NCBI GenBank assembly: GCA_946405575.1
Contig: CAMJHP010000005.1
Location: 20,908 to 84,907 of the forward strand
From: an uncultured Bacteroidales bacterium
GTDB taxonomy: Bacteria > Bacteroidota > Bacteroidia > Bacteroidales > F082
DNA: 64,000 nucleotides
Direction of reading: 5' to 3'
How positions within the stretch are numbered: position 1 is the stretch's first letter; each line of letters starts with the position of its first letter. Below are positions 17,348-24,204 of this stretch, in pieces. Both the position numbers and the translations under genes were made by a program. The notes beneath the pieces were generated by a model. That model was not told the origin of the DNA, searched no databases, and worked only from the letters and a program-made list of their open reading frames with translations.

Positions 17348-19627
17348 TCACTTCACCTGAAACCTTACACCAACGTAAGCACGCACGCCTGACAATGGCC
17401 CCCAAACCATAGAAGCATCGAAATCTTTGCTTGTCGGGTTTTCAGCCGAGATGATGGGGTATTGTTGTTTGTAGTTGGTCAGGTTCTCTCCACCGATATA
17501 AACTTCCCAATGCTCACCTAACTTTTTCATGATCTGCGCATTCATGATGACATAGAATGGCGAACGACGGATGTCCTGATGGTGGGCCACAGCGGTGGCA
17601 TTTCCGCTCAGCTCGGGCACGCGGCTGTCGCCGTTGAACTGCGTCGTGAAGTCGAACTGCCAAGTGCCAGGTGCATACGACATCGTGACCAGACCTTTAT
17701 AACGGTTGACGAAAGGTTTCTCACGCAAGGTGTCGTTGATGGTCATCTTCACATCGTTGTAGCGGAAAGCCAAAGTCAGGTCGAAGTCCTTGAAGATTTC
17801 GCAGTTGGCCTCGATTTGGGCACTGTTGGAATACGACTTGCCTTTGAGGTTGTAGATGCGTATTTGGTGGGCATCGGCGTCGCGGTCGAGGACGATTTGG
17901 TTGATGAAATCAGTGCGGTAGAAATCGGCCTGAAAGATGAGTTCACGCCAACCAATATGAAATTCTTTGGACAAATTAATGCCATAGTTCCATGCCTCTT
18001 CCATTTTGGGTGTATCCACAAAGATAAGTTCACGAGCCGAGGCTAACATGGTCGAGTTTTCGGCCAACACATTGGGTGAACGGTAGCCTTTTCCGGCCGA
18101 GGCCCTAATGGTCAAGTCGTCATGGGTCTTGAAGCGTACATGCAAGCGGGGCGTGTAGAGCAACTTCTGATAATAGGTGTTGTAGTCAGCCCTCATGCCA
18201 AGAATGAAGCTCCAATGGTGGCTGTCGTCGAAAGTGTATTCACCGAAAACGCCAGGGACGTGCTCGATACGGCCATAAAGGCTATCGGCCAAAATCTGGT
18301 CGATATGGCCGCGTTCGGTGCGACGAAGGTGCTCTTTGTATTTGTCATAGGAATAGCTGGCACCCACTGAATACTTGTGCATCTCATTGACAATGTATGA
18401 GTTAAACAGAATGTTGGCATAATAAGAATACTGTTCTGCGTGATAGAGATTCGTGTTGAAATAGGCCGAGTGCATCTTATGGTAGGTGAACTGCTGCTGG
18501 ATGCCGAGGCTGGTATCATGGCGGTCGAAGAGAAAACCTGTTTTGGAGAAGGCTTCATAGCGTTCCGTGTTGATGACAAAGCCCAAGCTGTCGCCAGCTG
18601 TGCCTTCATGCAGATGTGCTCCTGGAACGAACCCGATTTGTCCGCCATAGCGGTCTTCTTTCAAGGCTTTCACGCCCCACATGCCTTCAAACCAATCGTT
18701 GGCGTAGTTGTAACGGGCAAAAGCATTGTATTGCGTCACTTGCGGGTCGTCAACGAAATGGTCGCCGTTATCGTCCATCGTCATAAAATTGTGGTTGACG
18801 TGGCCGAGTACCATCATGCTGCCATGCTTGCCCACGTTCCAACGGGTATTGAAATTGAGTTCAGCCATACCCATGGTGTTACCGTAAAGGTTGAGAAACA
18901 GCTTCTCGCTCTCCCCCACTTCGGGTTTTTTGTAGTCTACGTTAATCTGTCCGCTGATAGATTCGTAACCATTTCTCACAGAAGACGTTCCTTTTGAGAC
19001 TTGGATGGCATTCATCCATGTGCCTGGCACATAATTAAGCCCAAAGGCAGAGGCTACACCGCGGAAGTTGGGCATGTTTTCAGCCATCATCTGGGTGTAG
19101 AGTCCGCTCAAGCCGAGCAGTTCGATTTGCTTGGCACCCGTGACGGCATCGCTGTACGACACATCCACCGAGGCACTATTCTCAAAACTCTCCGCGAGGC
19201 TGCAACAAGCCGCACGGCGCAAGCCCTCTGAGGTGATGGTCTGCACCGAGACGGGGTTGAGTGCAGAGATGAAGGTACTTTTCTGTCGGGCTTGGATCTG
19301 TACCTCATTAAGCATGTGGATGGATTGGAAAATATGGTCGTAATGCACGGGGTCAAACATGTGGTGGACGGTGTCGTTCTCATAGCTGATACAGCTGAAC
19401 ACGAGGCAGCCGATTTCTCCGTGGACGGGGATTTTGTAGTGCCCATTGGCATCGGTCACCACACCTTGGTTGACGATTTTCCAATAGACGTTCACACCAG
19501 GTAGCGGGGTGCGTTCTCCGTTTTCAGCTTCTTCATATACGGTGCCTTCGATGAAGCCTTGGGCAAATGCGCCCGTGGCGAAGGCGAATAATAATAGGGT
19601 GATTAGGGTGAGTTGTTTGGTTTTCAT
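17348..19627 (-). CDS. TonB-dependent outer-membrane receptor with a CarboxypepD_reg N-terminal domain
   Basis: 759 aa with a signal peptide. GFIEGTVYEE...TDANGHYKIP is the CarboxypepD_reg part, followed by plug-like and beta-barrel-like sequence. Confidence 0.85.
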   Translation of the reverse strand: MKTKQLTLITLLLFAFATGAFAQGFIEGTVYEEAENGERTPLPGVNVYWKIVNQGVVTDANGHYKIPVHGEIGCLVFSCISYENDTVHHMFDPVHYDHIFQSIHMLNEVQIQARQKSTFISALNPVSVQTITSEGLRRAACCSLAESFENSASVDVSYSDAVTGAKQIELLGLSGLYTQMMAENMPNFRGVASAFGLNYVPGTWMNAIQVSKGTSSVRNGYESISGQINVDYKKPEVGESEKLFLNLYGNTMGMAELNFNTRWNVGKHGSMMVLGHVNHNFMTMDDNGDHFVDDPQVTQYNAFARYNYANDWFEGMWGVKALKEDRYGGQIGFVPGAHLHEGTAGDSLGFVINTERYEAFSKTGFLFDRHDTSLGIQQQFTYHKMHSAYFNTNLYHAEQYSYYANILFNSYIVNEMHKYSVGASYSYDKYKEHLRRTERGHIDQILADSLYGRIEHVPGVFGEYTFDDSHHWSFILGMRADYNTYYQKLLYTPRLHVRFKTHDDLTIRASAGKGYRSPNVLAENSTMLASARELIFVDTPKMEEAWNYGINLSKEFHIGWRELIFQADFYRTDFINQIVLDRDADAHQIRIYNLKGKSYSNSAQIEANCEIFKDFDLTLAFRYNDVKMTINDTLREKPFVNRYKGLVTMSYAPGTWQFDFTTQFNGDSRVPELSGNATAVAHHQDIRRSPFYVIMNAQIMKKLGEHWEVYIGGENLTNYKQQYPIISAENPTSKDFDASMVWGPLSGVRAYVGVRFQVK

Positions 19628-19677
19628 TGGATTATTTAAGATTCAAAATTCAAAGATTCAAAATTGGGTTTGTTGTG

Positions 19678-19805
19678 GAGATTCCCTTCGGGAATGGAGA
19701 ACTATTTGTTTTGTTAACTGCGGCGGAAAAAACTTGTTACCTAATTGTAGCATTACCAACCGCCGCATGATAAATAATACTTAACTCCATTCCCCGAAAG
19801 GGAAG
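19678..19805. repeat. ~128-nt nested-palindrome element, copy A
   Basis: GAGATTCCCTTCGGGAATGGAGA ... GCGGCGG-loop-CCGCCGC ... CTCCATTCCCCGAAAGGGAA. A second copy lies at 57572-57699 with the same blocks in the same order. Confidence 0.8.
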
Positions 19806-19817
19806 TTTCTTATTATC

Positions 19818-20288
19818 TCAGAAAACCAAAGGATTAAGCTTCAGCGAAGAAAAGTACACAATCCGTTCTCGCCCCGAAAGAAACTTGAGTGTCTTTTTCA
19901 GAGAAAATTTGTTGAAAGCCCCACTCACTTGGTTGCACAAGTCCGTCAAATCAAGAAAGGGCAGGATAAAGGATTGAATGCTGATAATCAGGTGTTTGTC
20001 AGGTGAAAAAACAAAGTTGTCGGTAAATTGGATCTTGCTGTCGAAGTCGTCGCAGCAACATTTAGCATTGAATTGGAGTCCATCCAATTGCCAAAGGTGT
20101 GCTTCGGCTTCTTCGTGCTCATGTTCATGATCGAGGCAATGCAGACAATGGTCTACCACCGTACCAAAGCTGCCCGTCAGCTGGTGGTCTTCAGTGCAAT
20201 AATGGAACTTCACGTCCCATCCGACCGAGACGAACAGCACTGCAAGGGCCATCAAAAAGGAGCCGATTTGCAACAACCGCTTTTTCAT
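19818..20288 (-). CDS. small membrane-anchored His/Cys-rich protein (possibly HYC_CC_PP-like)
   Basis: N-terminal TM helix, FHYC, HCLHCLDHEHEHEE and KCCCDD. The family name is from memory and unverified. Confidence 0.6.
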   Translation of the reverse strand: MKKRLLQIGSFLMALAVLFVSVGWDVKFHYCTEDHQLTGSFGTVVDHCLHCLDHEHEHEEAEAHLWQLDGLQFNAKCCCDDFDSKIQFTDNFVFSPDKHLIISIQSFILPFLDLTDLCNQVSGAFNKFSLKKTLKFLSGRERIVYFSSLKLNPLVF

Positions 20289-20292
20289 GGCG

Positions 20293-20300
20293 CAAAAATA
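20293..20300 (-). promoter_or_regulatory. candidate -7 box TATTTTTG, 4 nt before the ATG at 20288 (leaderless candidate)
   Basis: Complement of CAAAAATA. Confidence 0.4.
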
Positions 20301-20323
20301 GGGAAAAAGGTGAAAGCGTGTTG

Positions 20324-20331
20324 TATTTTTG
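20324..20331 (+). promoter_or_regulatory. candidate -7 box TATTTTTG for the nitroreductase transcript
   Basis: Exact TAnnTTTG match. It places hairpin E2 in a ~145-nt 5' UTR. Confidence 0.5.
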
Positions 20332-20350
20332 TGTAATTTCGCACTTTTCA

Positions 20351-20447
20351 GGCAATTGGCTTTTGGCCACTGGCTACTGGTAACTTTAAGTAGAACATAG
20401 ACTTTACACCAAAGGTAAAAGCTGCCAGTAGCCTATAGTCAGAAGCA
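20351..20447 (+). repeat. heptamer-phased imperfect hairpin E2 in the nitroreductase 5' UTR
   Basis: GGCAATT GGCTTTT GGCCACT GGCTACT GGTAACT, then a loop, then AGCTGCC AGTAGCC TATAGTC AGAAGCA. Confidence 0.7.
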
Positions 20448-20482
20448 ATTTTGAATCTTTAAATCTTTGAATTTTTAATACT
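20448..20482 (+). promoter_or_regulatory. tandem RAATYTTT leader abutting the start codon
   Basis: ATTTTGAATCTTTAAATCTTTGAATTTTTAATACT-ATG. Similar leaders occur at 990-1040(-), 5474-5520(-), 19628-19668(-), 37487-37510(+) and 56559-56593(+). Confidence 0.6.
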
Positions 20483-21124
20483 ATGGCCGACGGATACTTA
20501 GAAAAACGTTATGAAGAGGTCTTTGGCAAGGGTGCCAAGAAGACCGTAGTGAAACACACTTCATTGGAATCTTTAATGGAGAAAAACCGCAGTTATCGCG
20601 GCTATGACCAAAGCTTCGTGGTGAAACGCGACATGCTGGAACGCATCGTGGCGGTGAACGCCAAAATCGCCTCAGCGAAAAACCAGCAGGTGCTGCGTTT
20701 CAAGCTGGTGTCCAAGGAAACGGGAGCAGAAAACATCATTCAAAACATAAAGCTCGGCGGATTGTTACCAGAACTACATCTCCCCTACCCTAGCACTGAG
20801 CCTGAGGCATTTATCATCATTTGCAGTATGATACCTGAAACGAAGTTTGTTGACATCGACCTAGGCATTGCTGCACAAAGCATGTTGCTGAAAGCCACCG
20901 AGATGGGCTTGAACGGCATTATGATTGGTGCTTTCAACAAGGCGAAGGTTACTGAAGCTTTCAATTTACCTTACGATCCACTTTTGATTTTGGCCATCGG
21001 CAAAGGCAAGGAAACCATCAAATTGCAACCCGTGGATGCTGGCGAGAAACTGGCGTATTATCGCGATGAAAACGGGTCACAATTCGTTCCTAAGATTAAA
21101 TGGGAACAGTTGATTATTGAATAA
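20483..21124 (+). CDS. nitroreductase-family protein
   Basis: 213 aa. The N-terminus MADGYLEKRYEE is common in Bacteroidales nitroreductase-family proteins, and the fold is inferred from overall similarity. Confidence 0.7.
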   Translation: MADGYLEKRYEEVFGKGAKKTVVKHTSLESLMEKNRSYRGYDQSFVVKRDMLERIVAVNAKIASAKNQQVLRFKLVSKETGAENIIQNIKLGGLLPELHLPYPSTEPEAFIIICSMIPETKFVDIDLGIAAQSMLLKATEMGLNGIMIGAFNKAKVTEAFNLPYDPLLILAIGKGKETIKLQPVDAGEKLAYYRDENGSQFVPKIKWEQLIIE

Positions 21125-21130
21125 TATATC

Positions 21131-21219
21131 TCACGCAGAATTCGCAGAACTCGTTGAACCTATCGGACGCATGTTTGGCGTCGCATTGCGATTTACATAG
21201 TTCTGCGAATTCTGCGTGA
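21131..21219. repeat. 21-bp perfect inverted repeat with a 47-nt spacer; probable bidirectional terminator
   Basis: TCACGCAGAATTCGCAGAACT (21131-21151) pairs with AGTTCTGCGAATTCTGCGTGA (21199-21219). An inner GACGC-N7-GCGTC hairpin is present. It lies between convergent genes. Confidence 0.7.
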
Positions 21220-21231
21220 AAAACAAATTCA

Positions 21232-21672
21232 TTATTGCATTTTGAAGAAGAAGGGCATGGTGTAACTCACTCTGACGGTTTTGCCGTCTTGTTTACCGGG
21301 CTTCCATTTCGGCATGGCCTTTACCACGCGGACAGCTTCCTCGTCGCAACCACCGCCGATGCCTCGGACGATCTTGACTTCATTGACACTGCCGTCTTTC
21401 TCGACAATGAAACCTACCAACACACGGCCTGAGATTTCCTTTTCCTTGGCCTTTTCTGGGTATTGGACGTTTTCGGACACAAACTTCATCATGGCTTGTT
21501 CGCCGCCAGGAAATTCAGGCATCACTTCTGCCTTCTCTAAAACTTTGTCGTTTGCAGCTTTCTTGTTTTGAGCCATTGCATTTGTGTTGACTATAAGCAA
21601 GAGGGCCAGCACCGACAGGGTTGCCAGGAATCTCCATTTGAGACCGTTGACTTTTTTATTCTTTGTAATCAT
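21232..21672 (-). CDS. membrane-anchored TonB C-terminal-domain protein, a paralog of the BlaR1 C-terminal part
   Basis: 146 aa. The anchor plus TonB_C domain is roughly 70% identical by eye to residues of the adjacent 647-aa protein. Confidence 0.8.
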   Translation of the reverse strand: MITKNKKVNGLKWRFLATLSVLALLLIVNTNAMAQNKKAANDKVLEKAEVMPEFPGGEQAMMKFVSENVQYPEKAKEKEISGRVLVGFIVEKDGSVNEVKIVRGIGGGCDEEAVRVVKAMPKWKPGKQDGKTVRVSYTMPFFFKMQ

Positions 21673-21722
21673 TTCGATAAGTTTTTAGGTTAAACAATTT
21701 GTTATTTTAACTCTTGCAATTG

Positions 21723-23666
21723 TTATTGCAGTTTGAAATTGATAGGCATTTGATAACTTACCCTTACAGGTTTGCCGTCTTGTTTCCCTGGTTTCCATTT
21801 CGGCAAACCACTAATGACACGAACGGCTTCTTCATCGCAACCACCGCCGATACCGCGCAGTACTTTCACATTGGAAACGCTGCCGTCTTTCTCGACAATA
21901 AAGCCGACAAACACACGGCCTGAGATTCCCTTTTCCTGAGCTTCACTAGGATAAACAACATTTTTGGACACATAGTCCATCAGGGCATCTTCTCCACCTG
22001 GGTATTGAGGCATTTCTTCAACGATTTGATAGACACCATTTTTGTCGGGTGTCATGTCAGGATTGCTTGCTTTCTCCTTTTTTACGGATTTTGCCGGCTG
22101 ACCATCATCCAATTTGAAGAAAATCGGCATCATGTAATTGACGCGAACAGGTTTTCCTTTTTGCATGCCAGGTTTCCATTTTGGCATCTCTTTAATGACT
22201 CGAGCGGCTTCTTCATCGCAGCCGCCGCCGATGCCGCGTACAACTTTCACATTGGAAACGCTGCCGTCTTTCTCAATAACAAATCCTACAAACACTCGGC
22301 CTGAGATATTCTTATCCTTTGCTGCTTGGGGATATTTGATGTTTTCAGCCACATACTTCATCATAGCTTCTTCACCCCCTGTATATTGAGGCATTTGTTC
22401 AACAATTTGATAGACAGTGTCTTCTTTAGAAGTGGCTACGTCTAACAGCGTTTCGAAAAGGCTCCCAGAGATACTAAAAGGCTCAATGCTGTATCTTGCC
22501 GTATCGCCTCTTTTTTCTGTTTCCGTTATGAAAAAGCTATTCTCTGTTCCATCTGCATTGTATGAGGTGACAGTCAGTTTTTTACATGGTTCACCCGTAA
22601 TCGGGTCGAAAGCATCGGAAGCTTGGAACTTGATGGATGAACCATCTTCGCCGTAGATGATAGTATCGTTCAACTGAATTGGAGCACCATCGTCATCATA
22701 GATTTCGAACTGGCCCATTTCTATTGTGATGGGTTTATCAACGGCTTTCTTTTCCTGTGCCTTCACTTTCGTGTTGGCAATCATCAGGATAGCCAGCACC
22801 GGCAATGTTGCCAAGAGCCTCCACCAGAGGCCCTTGGCCTTTTCGTTTCTTGTAATCATCTTGATTCTTTTTTTGGTAAGGATTAAACTGAAGTTATTGC
22901 TCATTCCGCTGAAGTCGACAGCCGTGCACTGCTGCAGGATCAGCATCATGTAGTTCTTTTTGTCAACGCCGGTGGCCACCACATCGCGGTCGGCTTGGTA
23001 TTCGTGAAGGCTCTGCAACTCCTTCTTGTACAGATAGATGAATGGGTTGAACCATTGCAGAATCATCATCACCTCGGCGAAAAGGATATCCCACGAATGG
23101 CGGTGGCTGATGTGGCTCATTTCGTGCCGCATGATGTCGGGGTCCACGTTTTCGTTGGGGAAGAAAGCATAACGGAAGAAGGAGAACGAGCCTTGTTCGC
23201 GCCCCGTGAACACCGCCGTGCAGCTACTCATCTTACGCTTGGGCGAGCGGATGATGAGCACCACGAGTCTCCCCAACTTGATGAGGAACAACAACGTCAT
23301 CACGCCGACACCTATTAGATAAATACCGCCAATGACTTGCCACAGGCTGAAACGCGAAGGCGTGGTATTGGTGGTCACTATCACTTCAGGCAACATGGGC
23401 TGGCCATCGTGCGTGACAATGACTTCGCTCAGCATCATGCCGTTGAACATGTTTTGTTTCAAGATCGCCATCTGCGGCACTTCCATCCCTGAGAGCAGAC
23501 CGAGCAATGGCATAGCCAAGGCCAGCAACATACTCGTCAGCAGGAAGAAGCGGTTAAAGTGCAAACGGTTGCTGTTGCGGAACAATAGGCGATACACCAA
23601 CCAAAGGACGGCAACGGTGGTTGCAATGGGCAGCAGATGACCGATGATTAATTCTTGTGCTTTCAT
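21723..23666 (-). CDS. M56 (BlaR1-type) metallopeptidase signal transducer fused to two TonB_C domains
   Basis: N-terminal TM helices, the HEMSH zinc motif, then two ~95-aa TonB_C modules (GISGRVFVGF..EKDGSVSNVKV.RGIGGGCDEEA). Confidence 0.85.
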   Translation of the reverse strand: MKAQELIIGHLLPIATTVAVLWLVYRLLFRNSNRLHFNRFFLLTSMLLALAMPLLGLLSGMEVPQMAILKQNMFNGMMLSEVIVTHDGQPMLPEVIVTTNTTPSRFSLWQVIGGIYLIGVGVMTLLFLIKLGRLVVLIIRSPKRKMSSCTAVFTGREQGSFSFFRYAFFPNENVDPDIMRHEMSHISHRHSWDILFAEVMMILQWFNPFIYLYKKELQSLHEYQADRDVVATGVDKKNYMMLILQQCTAVDFSGMSNNFSLILTKKRIKMITRNEKAKGLWWRLLATLPVLAILMIANTKVKAQEKKAVDKPITIEMGQFEIYDDDGAPIQLNDTIIYGEDGSSIKFQASDAFDPITGEPCKKLTVTSYNADGTENSFFITETEKRGDTARYSIEPFSISGSLFETLLDVATSKEDTVYQIVEQMPQYTGGEEAMMKYVAENIKYPQAAKDKNISGRVFVGFVIEKDGSVSNVKVVRGIGGGCDEEAARVIKEMPKWKPGMQKGKPVRVNYMMPIFFKLDDGQPAKSVKKEKASNPDMTPDKNGVYQIVEEMPQYPGGEDALMDYVSKNVVYPSEAQEKGISGRVFVGFIVEKDGSVSNVKVLRGIGGGCDEEAVRVISGLPKWKPGKQDGKPVRVSYQMPINFKLQ

Positions 23667-23669
23667 AGC

Positions 23670-24086
23670 TTATTTCTTTTCTGAGGCGATGGCCTCGTCA
23701 ATAGCTTTTCTCATTTCTTCCAGTTCCTCGACGCTGAAGTTCTCCTTTCTGGCGAAGGCCGAGACAAGGTCGAGATACGAATTGTTGAAGTAGCGTTCAA
23801 CCACACTGCCCAAGTAACGGTGCGAATATTCCTCCTTACTGATGACGGCACTGTAGCGATGGGCGCGGCAGAAGGTCTCGTGCTTCACAAAACCTTTGTT
23901 TTCCAAGATCTTGATGATGGAAAGCACCGTGTTGTAGGCCGGCTTGGGGTCGGGATAGGCCGCCATAATCTCGTTGGCGAAACCTTGCCCGATGTTCCAA
24001 ATGACTTGCATCACCTGTTCTTCCGCTTTTGTCAACTCCTTCATTCTAATGGAGTTATCTTCGATATTTTCTTTCTTTCTGGCCAT
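23670..24086 (-). CDS. BlaI/MecI/CopY-family winged-helix repressor
   Basis: LTKAEEQVMQVIW... is typical of this family. It lies directly upstream of the M56 gene. The start MARKKENIED at 24086 is preferred because the track start at 24146 sits in the promoter. Confidence 0.85.
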   Translation of the reverse strand: MARKKENIEDNSIRMKELTKAEEQVMQVIWNIGQGFANEIMAAYPDPKPAYNTVLSIIKILENKGFVKHETFCRAHRYSAVISKEEYSHRYLGSVVERYFNNSYLDLVSAFARKENFSVEELEEMRKAIDEAIASEKK

Positions 24087-24117
24087 TTTTTCTTCCGTTT
24101 TTAAAGGTTTAACGCTG

Positions 24118-24125
24118 CAAATATA
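24118..24125 (-). promoter_or_regulatory. -7 box TATATTTG of the blaI-blaR1 operon
   Basis: Complement of CAAATATA, about 30 nt upstream of the ATG. Confidence 0.55.
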
Positions 24126-24184
24126 CAGAATATTTTGATTGTACAACTATTTTTTTAGTTATTTTATTGTATTTTTGATGAAAA
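24119..24184 (-). repeat. 66-bp upstream region duplicated at 25467-25532, containing the AACTA-N6-TAGTT dyad
   Basis: Ungapped by-eye alignment gives 53/66 identical positions. The dyad is at 24145-24160. Confidence 0.7.
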
Positions 24185-24204
24185 AATTGTCAAGTAACTG
24201 TTTT

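Noticed and set aside
17579-19504. Multiple ORFs of 70-185 aa on both strands inside the TonB-dependent receptor gene.
   Set aside because: They overlap a 759-aa receptor ORF with coherent domain order and are typical shadow frames.
19678-19805. Element A as a riboswitch (for example cobalamin or TPP) controlling the downstream TonB-dependent receptor.
   Set aside because: I see no B12 box (GCCACTG-like) or THI-box features. The second copy at 57.6 kb has the opposite orientation relative to transcription and lies in a 3' UTR context.
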